DNA from: Lama guanicoe | Lineage: Eukaryota | Assembly (NCBI GenBank): GCA_013239625.1 | Contig: MU054908.1 | Span: 12,536,005-12,600,004 of the forward strand | Reading direction: 5' to 3' | DNA: 64,000 nucleotides | In this document: positions 49,469 through 62,064 of the stretch, piece by piece | Numbering within the stretch: position 1 is the stretch's first letter | Layout of the letters: each line of letters begins with the position of its first letter | Program-made: the position numbers and the translations under genes | Notes under the pieces: generated by a model | What the model was told of the DNA's origin: nothing | Database searches by the model: none | Seen by the model: only the letters and a program-made list of their open reading frames with translations

Positions 49469-51379
49469 AGCCCTAATAAGTATTGCAACTTTATCCTATT
49501 TCTGGAGTATTCTCACCACTGGAACAACTTCCAACTCTTTGTGCTCAGTGGATTGATATAGAGGAGGCTTACCCTCAATAGCAGTTGCCACTTAATGACT
49601 GCAGTCCCAGCGCTGCTAAAAGCACTTCTTCAGTTTCTCCCTCTGTTTTCTCTTCCTCTGAATCAAGCATGCTAATAGCATCTCCCTGAAAGGTGGTCAC
49701 TTCACCCTGCTTGTCTGTCTTTTAGCTCCTGAACTTCCCATGTTTCATCTCAGTCTCTCTTGTAATGCAATATGACTTTTGAATTTCACTGCAGTCCTTC
49801 CCAGGTCTCTGGGAGGAAGTGAAAAGTCTACCATTGACCATGGCAGTGGTGTCCGTAATTCCCATGACCTTGTGGGTACTGGCTTAAGTTGGAGAGCCGG
49901 CACTGTAAACGTTTAAGCAGATCTGGGAGCCAGCCCTGACTCCCAATTCCATGGATAACTTTTCACCGGATTTTCGTGGCTGACAGATCTTCTTTCCTCA
50001 ACTCATAAGCCTTCAGATATTTCCAGGAAGAATGTCTAGACCAAATCAGATTTCTGTGGCTTGCATGAACTCAACCAAAATGAAGTGGGATTCGCCTCTT
50101 TTCTTTTTATTTTGCAGTTCTGGCTGTGTAATCTCCCTTGCTGTATTTGCCTTGCTTCTGCCACCATTTTCTTCCCCGTCTTTCTTCTGATGATGGAACA
50201 CATATAATGCAATCGAAAGGCAAATGGAAAGAAATTCTGGAGTATCTGCTGTTTCCCATCCTCCCTGCCTTCTGCCCCTCCATTGGTGTGGACCATCAAT
50301 GGTCAGTTGTTTCTGTGTAGCGTATATGTGTGATTGGCACTCCCTGCAATTACCCTTTCCGCAGCCTCTGCCCCCGAGCGGTGCGGCTTCTTGGGTTACT
50401 GATGGCCTCACAACAAACCTGACTTTGTTCTTTTAACCATCTTCTCTCAATGCCATCTCATTAAAGTATATTGCCAGTGAAAGCAGCCTTGACAAATGTC
50501 TTTCCACTTGTAACCTGGTCTGAACACTGCCTGTTGAATTTTTCTTGTTGCATGGGCTAAATGTTCCAAGATAATTTTGTAGAGAAACATTAAAAGCACC
50601 AGTTAGGGGTGTCCTCTGTATTTTTAAGAACTTGTGTCAAGCACAGATCGTTAGCCTTTTAAATGATCGCCCTGCTCCCATAATGTGACATGCATAATTT
50701 CATTTTGTGTCCTTTAGTGGTAAGTATAAATTATGATAGACTACAAGACCCAGGCAGTCAGGGACACAATGGGTGACCAAAAAGCAAAGGGCAGCGGGGA
50801 CTCCACATGTTGAGTCTCTTGTGGGAATCTCTGGAAACCAAAGCTTTTTCTGGAAATTCTTATTAAAAAGTGGGAAAATGTCCTGGTTCTAGATGGGAAG
50901 CTGTCATTAAAAGGTTTTTCAGTGTAAAAATAATTACACTCCTTATAATTTCAAACAGTCTAAACAGTATCACTGAAGACAAGATGTAGCCCCATCTCCA
51001 TGTGGTCCCTGCCCAGCCCCTGGCTTATTCTCTCAAGAATTAATAATGATGCAGAAACAGAGCAGAGTAGTGGAACTGGCATCTCCCAATTTAAAACTCA
51101 TTCCTGCTCCCAATCCTTGCCAGCTGATGAGTACTTCTGCTAGATTCCTGAACTTTCCATCTGGTTGTGCTGTCACATTCCTGCCTCCCTGAAGGGAAAT
51201 GCCTCCTCAAAAAGAGAAAAGAATCAAAATAAAATAAAAATTAAAAAATTATAACTTTAAAAAGGAGAAAAGGAAAGGAGTTTAAAGAACAGGCTCCTTG
51301 TCCTAGACACCAACTACCGTATCCATTAATCCGTCTGTTTGTCAGTATTTACTGAGCACTTTCCAAGGAGGTGAAAGCA

Positions 51380-51606
51380 GCTAAAAGTGCTGACTTGGGT
51401 TCAAATATCTTGGATTCAAACTTCAGCTGCACCATTTTGTTGTTCTTTGACCTCAGGTGACAAGGCTGAAACACATTACTTAGCCTCCTCAGGCCTCAGC
51501 TGCCCCATCTATAAAATGGGGTTGTAGGTTAATTGGGATAGTCCATATCAAATGATTAAAACAATGCTTGGGACTTAGTAAGCACTCATTAACTGTTAGG
51601 ATTATT
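51380..51606 (+). mobile_element. MIR SINE
   Basis: gcctcagctgccccatctataaaatgggg...tagtaagcactcattaactgttagg. Confidence 0.8.
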
Positions 51607-51674
51607 AATACTATATAGGAAGTAAAATTCTAAAAATTACAATAACATATTTCTGCCTTAAAGAAATCTTACAT

Positions 51675-51760
51675 GTGCACCTACAGGAATTGACACAACA
51701 CTGTAAACTGACTGACTGTCTTCAATAAAAGAATATATACACAAAAATAAATAAATACAC
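51675..51760 (+). mobile_element. Short 5'-truncated lineage-specific L1 3' end
   Basis: gaattgacacaacactgtaaactgact...cttcaataaaa followed by an A-rich tail. Confidence 0.7.
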
Positions 51761-52492
51761 GTAAATCCCCTGAAAGAGGCTGATGTGAAATGTGAAAGGA
51801 CCTACAATTTGAAAAAGGAATTGGCTAATATGATTGCTTTACAGACAGATACATAAACTACTGGGGCTTATGCTGACTAGACAGCCTACTTCACGGATGT
51901 ACTACTGCTTACATAGATCCAGCCTCACTCTTTTCAAAAGATTAGAATCTGGCATTAGTTACTTCCGTGTATCTGAATCTTTTAGGATGCATGGATGAGT
52001 TCTTCAGATTTGAATTGTGAATGATAGCAAAGCAATGGTTCACACTTCAGTTTCTTCACCCCGCATCCCTGCAACATACAGACTTCTTATTTCACAGATG
52101 TGGAAATTAATACACAAAAAGCAACATGTTGGTTCAGACCAATATTACCGCACCTGCTAAAAGTTATGTGTCCATGTCTTGATTATGAAAAACATATTTT
52201 TTGTGCCAGTACTTAAACACCCTCGGATGACCCCTCCACTTAAAAATAAGTAAAATAAATAGAAATGCAGGTGAAAGGTGTCATTCTATTCTCACATTAA
52301 TATGCCTGAGTGAAGTTCAGAGAGACGAGTAACTGGTTATACACTCAGCAACAGGGAAATTAACATTCAAACCAAGAGCTTGAAAGAGCTGGTGTGAAGT
52401 CCTTGCTCTCCCCATGACATTAGGGACCCTTTTCTTTTTGGTGACTTCTGGTTTTCTGGGTAATATACCTGTGATAGACGTGGCAACAGTAA

Positions 52493-52521
52493 AAACAAAC
52501 AAACAAACAAACAAACAAAAC
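52493..52521. repeat. (AAAC)n microsatellite
   Basis: Directly visible. Confidence 0.9.
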
Positions 52522-52674
52522 AGTCAATATTAGCCAACCAAGCCTATGCACTTGACAAATAAAAGTTTAACACTTCTACCAGAAGACTCAGTTGGACTGA
52601 AAGGAATTATTTGAGCCATGTTTTTGTTATACTTTCTTTCATAAAAAGACATTTGTCCCAAGATATATTTCTTT

Positions 52675-52786
52675 TTTAAAAAAAAATTTTATTGAAGTAC
52701 AATCAATTACAATGTGTCAATTTCTGGTGTATAACACAATGTCCCAGTCATGCATATGCATACATATATTCATCGTCATATTCTTT
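52675..52786 (-). mobile_element. Short camelid-type L1 3' end
   Basis: ttttattgaagtacaatcaattacaatgtgtcaatttctggtgtataacacaatgtcccagtcatgcata; flanking tatttctt repeat is a possible TSD. Confidence 0.8.
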
Positions 52787-53044
52787 ATTTCTTAATACAT
52801 AAATTCTAACATGCATTCCAAAGACTGTTCCCACAAACTCAACGGATTATATTGTACCTACAAATATTAAATGTTTATATTTTAGGTACTTTAAGAAATT
52901 TACCCACATTTAAAATGAACAGTTATCACAAATTCAAAAGGAAAGGGAAGGGTGAACAAGATCTTTGGTGAGGTGGGAAATAATACATCTTAGAGCTTAT
53001 CACGGCAAGTACCTGCGAATTCCCACCAGAAGTCAGTCTGTATA

Positions 53045-53190
53045 GCAGCTTTGAGCAGTCATTCTGGATCAGACAGGAGCCATTTGAACGTAGAACGTGG
53101 AAGCTGCTTGATCTTTCTGAACCTCAGCTCCCTCATCTATAAAATGGAATAGTAATATCCAGACGGTCGTGAGAGTTAAATAGATCACTG
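53045..53190 (+). mobile_element. MIR SINE
   Basis: ttctgaacctcagctccctcatctataaaatggaatagtaat. Confidence 0.7.
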
Positions 53191-53784
53191 GCGGTCATTT
53201 GTTAAATCTTGTTTGCCTGTGATTCCTTCTACTTCACTGGTCTCCATTTTTTCAGAAGACTACCTTCAGAATGTACTATTCCCCAAGCATCAAATGTGGT
53301 TTCCCAGAGAGAAAGGACAACCAAGATCATTTTTTCTCTCTCCTTCCTAATCCATCTTTGTCCAAGCTCTGCCTCAGTGGCCTGGCACACCTGTCTCACC
53401 TTTCAGTGCCCAGCGGTGTGCGGAACCGTGTAGAACTTCGGATGATGATTGTCACGGGTTTGGCTTTCTGCCCCTCACTCAGGCTGTCAACATGCAGAAG
53501 CTGAACACTCATCTATTTATAATCAAGCCCCCTGACTCCTTGAGAAAAGGCGTGTTTGCAGGCCTCCTTCATGGTCTTGAGATGCTTCTCCAGATCATTC
53601 CAGTGTCTTGAATTCGGGGCAGCTGGGGCAGGGGTGCAGGAAATCTGAGGATAGTTATCGCTTCAACTTTGAAATTGGCCACGGAGCAGAATGGTAGCAG
53701 AAATCAAAATCACAAACACTAATGAGGCTCCCTCGTTGGTGCCAGCTCTGTTCTTGTCACCACCCTCCACAGCCCCAGAAGAGA

Positions 53785-53956
53785 NNNNNNNNNNNNNNNN
53801 NNNNNNNNNNNNNNNNNNNNNNNNNNNNNNNNNNNNNNNNNNNNNNNNNNNNNNNNNNNNNNNNNNNNNNNNNNNNNNNNNNNNNNNNNNNNNNNNNNNN
53901 NNNNNNNNNNNNNNNNNNNNNNNNNNNNNNNNNNNNNNNNNNNNNNNNNNNNNNNN
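53785..53956. other. N block, 172 nt
   Basis: Run of N. Confidence 1.
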
Positions 53957-54737
53957 AAATAATGAAAAGAGTCCAAAATGCTGGACCAGCTTTGCAGCCA
54001 AGTCTGTATACCATACGTTTAAGAGTATCTACATTAATTGTGATGGAAGGAACCAAAGAAGTAATGCATTTAATGGCATGTCTTTTCTTTTTGAAAGGAA
54101 ATGGGTTACTTAAGGACCATGGTACATATTACATCCTTTTTTTTTTAAAAAAAGCACAACAGAAAGTTATTTCCTTTGTTCTATTTCCCATTGCTACTCC
54201 CTCCTATAAAGTTCAGATGCTTTACCTGTCTAACTTGTAGAAGTGATATGGGTGGGTCAAACTGTATTTACAAGATGCCATTGGAATCCAAAGATTAAAT
54301 AAAGAATAAAGACGAGACTTTTTAATCTCTTAAATTGCCATATCACAAATCATTCTAATGATTTTTTTTATTACTTTTATACATGTTGAAAGCACTGAAT
54401 TATATATCTTGGGGGAAAATGGGGAAAAAAACTATTCTTGATGGCTTATAGCAAGATCATGCTAATAAAAAAGAGCCATATATTTGCGGAGATACTGATG
54501 GTTATCTAAGCTTTAAAGCACTAACATCTTTCAACTGACAGCACCTACCAGAGACACTGTAAGAAAGATGAATTATGTGAGTGCTTTTTGCCCCTCAAAT
54601 GGCCTAAATCATCATTAATCCACACCAGTAGATTAGTAGCTCTTTCCAAGCCTGAAATTAGTATTTTCAAAACTTAATAAGTTAACGTGTGTAAGGTACA
54701 TTGCACATATATTTTGTTAGATATTTTGATCATTTTT

Positions 54738-54884
54738 AAATTTTTTAATTTATTATTTTATTTTGGGGGGAAGGTAATTGGTTTTTATTTATTTACTTAT
54801 TTTTAACGGAGGCACTGGGGATTGAACCCAGGACCTTGTGCTTGCAAGGCATGTGCTCTACCACTGAGCTATACTGTTCCCCCC
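54738..54884 (-). mobile_element. tRNA-derived SINE, camelid Vic-1-like (long-tail form)
   Basis: ggaggcactggggattgaacccaggaccttgtg...ctctaccactgagctatac plus tail ggggggaaggtaattggtttttatttattt; perfect 17-bp TSD atattttgatcattttt (54721-54737 and 54885-54901). Confidence 0.93.
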
Positions 54885-55204
54885 ATATTTTGATCATTTT
54901 TGCCTTTCTTTGCTTGTTCCTGTGTGTGTCTGCACCTGTGCCTACAGGTTTCCGGGTAGTCTTCTCTGCTTGCAGACACTGTGCTGGACATAAGGGGAAA
55001 GGGCATGGCACAGTTCCTGTCCCCAGGCGAGCACTATCCCTAAAACTGCAGTGGCCTGCGCATGGGCTATAGGAGTGGTACCAGCTATGAAGACAGCACA
55101 GGGCCTGAAAGATAAGAGAAACTTGAGGAGTGGGCACTTAAACTAAGCTCTGAAGAATATTAGAAATTATTCTGAGAATACTTTTCTTTTTATCATAAAA
55201 TATA

Positions 55205-55720
55205 TCTTTTTTTAAATTAATACAATTTTTTGGAGCAGTTTAGGATTTACATAAAATTAGACAGATACTACAGAGTTCCCCTATAGCTCCTCCCTCCCCC
55301 CCCATACAATTTCCCTTATTCTTAACATCTTGCATTAATAAGGATCATTTGTTGTGACTGATGAACAAATACAGATTTACTATTATTATTAACCAAAGTT
55401 TATAGTTTCCACGAGGGTTCTCTCTTTGTGTTGCACAGTTCTACAAGTTTTGACAAATGTATAGTGTCATGTGTCCATCACTATAATATCATACAGAATA
55501 GTTTCAATCCCTAAAAAATCTCCTGTGCTCCACTTATTCATACCTCCCACCCGTTTTCCAAGCCCCTGGCAACCAGTGATCTTTTTACTGATTCAATACT
55601 TTTGGCTTCTCCAGAATGTCCAGTGGTTGGAACCATACAGCATGTAGCCTTTTCAGACCAGCTTCTTTCACTTATTGATATACATTTAATGTTCCTCCAT
55701 GTCTTTTCATAACATTATAG
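55205..55720 (-). mobile_element. L1MC-type 3' fragment
   Basis: ggagcagtttaggatttacataaaattagacagatactacagagttcccc...ccctggcaaccagtgatctttttactg...gtagccttttcagacc. Confidence 0.88.
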
Positions 55721-56607
55721 CCATGTTCATATTTTTACAAATAGAAACACAAGCACCATTTTTAATGCCAGAGATAGATACTGTGAACAATTTGGTGCAT
55801 TTTTTTCCAGTTTCTTTCATAGATAGATAGAAAAATCAGACATGTACATATCAAGTGATCATATTGTCTATACAAAAACCAATCAAAAATCCTTCATAAT
55901 CTCACCATGAAATTGTACTGAGTTTGAATTTATTTATATGAGAGTCCATATAGAGCTGTAAAGTCAAATCACATTTAGTTACGTAGTCAATAAAACTGAC
56001 TCTACTAAAAAGAACACAATTGCCAGACATCAAGCCTGCCGCCAAATTCTGGAATGTTTATTTACCACAGCCATGATACCCGTCCCTCCCATGGACCCTC
56101 ACAGCTGTTCACAGAATTTGCAAACAGAAGATGAGAGAAGCTAGTTCACTGGGAAGGGGCAGAGAAGGACAGGTTTTGAAAGAGGTAGTGAGTCATCCAC
56201 ATTCGAATGTCCAGCCACAGCTGAAATGATTACTGGAACCCAGGGGAGAGGTTCAAGTTGTCTGCCTGTTTGGGAATTCCTCTGCACATCCCTAATTGTT
56301 AAAACTGTGAGAATTCTTAAAATTTCCTTAAAACCAAATTAAGCTTATGGCAGGCAGTTTCACTAAGAGAGAAATGACATTGCGAGCACCCCATTTATAA
56401 CATCTTTTTTTGAATCAATACGTGTATTTGGTTTTGGCTCGTTATAAATTACTTGCTCTTTGACAAGATTGTTTTTGTGTTCTCCCACTAATACGTGTGT
56501 GCTGTGTATCTCCACGTGACTCCTTCTCTGCCTTTTTCTGTCTTCTGTTATATAAGATCTTACTGCTGTCTTCAACATGATCACACTTCAACAGTCAAAA
56601 AAAAAAA

Positions 56608-56923
56608 NNNNNNNNNNNNNNNNNNNNNNNNNNNNNNNNNNNNNNNNNNNNNNNNNNNNNNNNNNNNNNNNNNNNNNNNNNNNNNNNNNNNNNNNNNNNN
56701 NNNNNNNNNNNNNNNNNNNNNNNNNNNNNNNNNNNNNNNNNNNNNNNNNNNNNNNNNNNNNNNNNNNNNNNNNNNNNNNNNNNNNNNNNNNNNNNNNNNN
56801 NNNNNNNNNNNNNNNNNNNNNNNNNNNNNNNNNNNNNNNNNNNNNNNNNNNNNNNNNNNNNNNNNNNNNNNNNNNNNNNNNNNNNNNNNNNNNNNNNNNN
56901 NNNNNNNNNNNNNNNNNNNNNNN
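56608..56923. other. N block, 316 nt
   Basis: Run of N, preceded by A11. Confidence 1.
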
Positions 56924-57320
56924 AATATTTAAAAAAAATATCCAGCAGAAAGGAAAACATTCAGGAGCACGCACAAAAATGAAATTGGTGCAAATTAACT
57001 CCATTGTGATTGGAGAGCAATACAAAACAAACTCCCACCACAGCCTCGAAAGGAAAGCCACACAAGACAGACATTGAAGTTGTAGCTTCACAGTGGCCAT
57101 CTTTTAACAGCTTGCTTTCTTCAATGCTTTAACCTAAGAAAAGAAAGAAAAAGAAAAAAAAAAGGAAAGAAAGAGAAAACCTATCCATTGTTATGCCCCT
57201 ATTCATCCTTCATTCAAAGTCGTTCCTATGCATTAATTACCACTTTCTTCAATGCGCTGGGAGCGCCCAAACACGGCCTGTTTTCAAAGAGGCACACTTC
57301 CATGCCTCTGCTATTTACAT

Positions 57321-57483
57321 NNNNNNNNNNNNNNNNNNNNNNNNNNNNNNNNNNNNNNNNNNNNNNNNNNNNNNNNNNNNNNNNNNNNNNNNNNNNNNNN
57401 NNNNNNNNNNNNNNNNNNNNNNNNNNNNNNNNNNNNNNNNNNNNNNNNNNNNNNNNNNNNNNNNNNNNNNNNNNNNNNNNNNN
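57321..57483. other. N block, 163 nt
   Basis: Run of N. Confidence 1.
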
Positions 57484-58899
57484 TAGGGTCTTTAGCAGGT
57501 GTCCTGCCTGCCCTATGGTAATTTTTAACTTTCCTTCACTTTCTTTTATGTCTGTCACATTTATAGAGATGGTTTTTTTCTTTTTACTCCTGATGCCTCG
57601 TACTGTTTTTTCCACCTTTCTTATAGCAATCTAATATCTGGATTTTTTTCCCCTACTATATCACTCTCCTTAGGAGTCATTTAGAAAGAAGGGAAAGGAC
57701 TGAGTCCAGAGTTCAAAATCTCATGTAGATGTTTTAACTCCATAGTAATTGCATCTCTGACACCCACTTCACTTTCATTCCTATGCGTCTCATCTCCGAA
57801 ATTTGTGAAAACTACAAGGTGGGTTTGTAGGAAATTAATGTACAGTTGACAGAAAGAAAACTTGTTCCAATATCACTGCTCGGTAGAATTTTTTAAATTT
57901 TCTAATACTGGTTAAACACCAGAAGATGGATGCAATTCATTCTGCAGCTAAATTTTAATAATTAAAACTTAATTAGGAAGCATGTTTGTGAGTCAATCAG
58001 ATATTCACATTCCAGCTTATTGAGGTTAAACAATAGATATTAATGTTGCTTAAGGAGGCAAAAGGAAAAAGAATTAATGAAACTAGAGGATTGTATACAC
58101 TTACAAGAACCCAAAGAGTTCAGGCAAACTGTAAAAAATTACTGAACACCACATCCGGGCATAGAACGTGAGACTTGGGAGATTACTTCACCTTTTTTAA
58201 AAAAATACTTGAGGACACGGAGGAAAGATTGTGACTTGTGTAAAGTCACCCCAGTCATGAAAGATAGATTCTGGTCCTATGATACCAATTGCAAAATATT
58301 TTCCATGACATTGTTGCCATTTAGAAAAGATTTGCAGCCTTTCTTGGGCACTCCAGCTGCACAGAGTGCACAGTGTGCCTTACCCATCCCTGGCACTATC
58401 ACGGGGCCGTGAACTCCGGTGTCCTGAGGATATAGTCAAGTTTCCATATCGTGGCTTACAATGCCTGAAATACAGTAGATGCTTTAGAAATGATTTTTGT
58501 TATTATTACTAGTATTACCATTGGTATCAGGGTGGGTCCTCTTCTGGCACTGTTTTTGGTGAAGACCAGCATTTTCCTTTATGCATGTGGGCAGGTTCAA
58601 TTCTGTAAATTGTTTGCAGCACATATATGTATTCAGATAACATATCCCACGTAAGAAGACAATAGTATCTATTTCACCACCATAATCAGGATCTCTAATA
58701 GGTAGAACACATTGGAAAATAACAGTAACAGGAGCTCAGAGTTGCAAGGGGTCTCATAGATTACCTAGTTCGGCTGCCCTCCCATTGATTGAACTCCCCC
58801 TACACTTAACGCTAGATTTCTTACATCAAATTGTATCATGTGTCATAAAATAGACCGGACAACAATTCGAAAAGAAATGAATCCTGTTAACAATAGCCA

Positions 58900-59135
58900 C
58901 AGTTTATGAAGTGTTTGTCAAGGTCTATATAACAGGTGCTTTGTATAATTATTTCTAAAGCTTACAAGCAACCGTGCAAGTTAAACATGCGTACGAATTT
59001 CACTTTAGTATACGGCTAAACAGAGCCTCCGAAGGGATATGTTGCCAAATGTGTAAGAGTCAGGAAGAGGCAGAGCTGAGAATTCAACCCAGGCCTGCAC
59101 AGCAATAAAGTCCAAGTTCGTTCACCCCCATCACA
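58900..59135 (-). mobile_element. MIR SINE (degenerate)
   Basis: ggaagaggcagagctgagaattcaacccaggcctg. Confidence 0.6.
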
Positions 59136-60044
59136 TCCAGCATCCAAATTCTTTAATCAGGAGACAATGGCTCCAAGATTCTGAAGAAATGTGCTTTATT
59201 CTTTTTCCTTTTCCTTTTTTTCCCCTATGAGTTATTTCTTGGATTCTATCCTATTCATCAAAGGACATTCCCAATCTTTGAATTGATATATCAATCTTTC
59301 AACTTAAACCCTAGCCAGTTATTAACCCATTTCATAGATTCCAGCAAGCTTCAAACTAGAAATGAAATAAATTTCTTGACTTGATCCAGGTGAAATGTCC
59401 CTTGATGTATGTAGTAGCCTTGAAGTAAGTAATTTTAGTTTAATCACATGAACATTTACGTGAGACCCCACACTAGGAGGTGTCTACGTTCAAGTCATGG
59501 CTCTGGAGATCTCTGTGCAGCCTCAGCCAAATCCCAGCCTCTCTGAGTCACACTTCCTTGCCGGTCAGATGGAGCGGTTAGTACCTCCCTCATCTTTCCA
59601 ACAGAGTGGGATCAGGGCTGGGTAAGAAAGTGTGATTGCACATGTAAACTTGGTTTTGTAAACTAAAATGCATGACACAAAATTTCATAATTCATAATGA
59701 TCCATATATTAAAACCTCTAATGGTTTAGGATGAATTTTTATGAAATATTTGAAAACTAAATTACCTTAGAGGAATAAGGAAATAAGAATTCCTTTGCTC
59801 TAAAGCGGCACCAAAATACCACCACCATCTTTTGGCTTCTTGAAAGAGACGTCTAAAGGCCACTTCTGTCTTATTTTTGTTGTTTGATTTTAAAGGCAAC
59901 GTTTATTTTTTAAAATAAGGAGAAAAAAATCACCCAAATCAATTATGACTGAAATGTCATTTCATTCTTTGGTTTCTAGACATTTAAGATTTTTTCAAAT
60001 TATGGGAAAGTAACGAATAAAGTAGAAAAGGCGATGCAAATGTT

Positions 60045-60236
60045 AGACTCATAGACTCCCAGAGCTGGATAGAGACTTTCAGATAACCTGTTCTGCTCCT
60101 CAATTTGACTCACAGTAAAACCTAGACATCGAGAGAGAAAGTGATTACCCAAGTTCACCCAGCTCGTGAACTTGGAGCAGGAATACAGACGGCGGCTCCT
60201 TCTAATTCAAAATCCAGGTCTCTTTGCTACACCACA
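60045..60236 (-). mobile_element. MIR3-like SINE
   Basis: agagctggatagagactttcagataacctg...aagtgattacccaagttcacccagct. Confidence 0.7.
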
Positions 60237-60408
60237 GGCCTTTGTTCTTACCATCAAGGACACCTGGAGGGCTTGCAGTTTACTTTGTTAAGGCTGTAAA
60301 CTCCTAGTAAAAATGTTTGTCTTCAATTTCACACACCCCTCAGGATATCACAGCTGCCCCAGAAACCCCCCAGGCAGCACAGGCCAGACTAGAGACGCAC
60401 CAGTGCAA

Positions 60409-60412
<4 letters not shown>

Positions 60413-60468
<56 letters not shown>
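60413..60468. repeat. Compound microsatellite (GT)19(GA)9
   Basis: Directly visible. Confidence 0.95.
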
Positions 60469-60469
<1 letters not shown>

Positions 60470-62064
60470 TGTGAGTGATGGGAGTGGGGGTGCAAGGCGA
60501 TGGCCAGGAGAGGCAGTACCTGACAGATTTCTAAGATAAACTGAAAGCAAAAAGATTCCTCTATCCGCTGCTAAGAGCTTTCTCTAACAGCATCTCCTTT
60601 TATAGCTACAACTTCTTGTAAAAACAATAAAATGACTAACGCTAAAGATAAGAAACACAAATAGTGCCTCCATCAGTACGAAGCTGATACCCCTTCTGAG
60701 AGCACTGATTTCCACCGGGAATCACTTCTGCTTCTGATTATTACTGCTGCCCAGCACGGGACACTGTCATCTACACGACCACACAGAACACATCGCTTTC
60801 ATCGTCCCTAAGCTTACGGTTTAAGAATGAGTACCTTATGGCTATTTGTAAAGTGTTGGAATTATAGAAAACAGAACATAAAAAACAAAAACAAAAACAA
60901 AAAGACCTTTTCAGGAAACTTTTAAAGGAAGTCAGCAAGAGGACATTTGTAAAATATAAAAATTTTAATTAGGGGCCGCAATAGGTAACCAACTGGGAAA
61001 CACATGCCTCATAGCTCAAAACTAACGTTTCTCTTCATTTTTTAACATTAAAATTAAATAAGTTATAAGCTCCTTCCCAACGTTCATGTTTTTTACTTCA
61101 GCTTTTTTTTTTCACTTCCTGTTTTTCACTTGGGCATTTGTTGACCTTACATGAGAAGCCTGGTTTGCGTACCATTGTTTTCTTTGAGCATAGCAAGTCC
61201 ATGACATTACCTGGAACTCCTCTGTGACAGATACTTGCAGAGGCATTAATTGGTGATTATGATGGTCATTTTGGGTTACTAGACAGAGAAAGAGCCTTCT
61301 GTCAACTGTTGTTTACTTTCTAAAATGTTCTCCTATGTCCTCTTCAGAAGAGAATTTTTTACTCATCAAAGATTATTAAGCTCTTAAGGGAAGTATAACC
61401 AATCATTAATGTCAGTCTTCTGTAAAAATATTAGTTTCTAACATTGTGTCTTTTAGGTAACTCAGTAATGCTAAAGAAGGCAATTTTCCCCAGTGTACTT
61501 AAATTTACAAAGTGCTAATAAAATGCAATTTCACTATATTTTATGAAACCATAGAGCAAAAATGTTTCCCACATAGACAATGGAATTCAGCCTGAAAACC
61601 CAGTAAATGGTGCTCAGGGCATATTTAAATGTTAACTTTGTGGAAAAGCAACAGCCTCCCTCCTTAAATTCCTCTCCCCTACACCCAGGTTTTCCACCCT
61701 TCCTGCCACTTCTTTTACCTTTCTCACAAGTACTATATTAAAACCATTATCCGTAATTCTGAGAAGTAAGAATTTAGTAAAAAAAAAAAGAAGAAAAAAT
61801 TTTATAGTAAGTGTTGATACTTATTTCAATATAAAGAGCTCTCAGAAATGATGTAATAATATTGGTAATGTTTTCATCCTTTAACCTGGATGGTTGGGTC
61901 ACATGTTTCATAGGTTTTATAACATATATATGTTACCTACGTCCCTCTGTATGTTTGCATGAGTGAAAAAAATAAAGTGGCAACCTAAACAAAAACATCG
62001 TCTAAATGCTTTGTAATTGAAAGTGGACGAGTCTCAGAACTATTAAGACATAGAGTGAGCTATA

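Noticed and set aside
13748-54884. tRNA genes at the two A/B-box-containing elements
   Set aside because: A-rich tails and TSDs identify them as SINEs
16323-57634. The longest ORFs in the track (up to 172 aa) that span N blocks
   Set aside because: Their length is an artefact of translating N as X; the readable parts match no protein I recognise
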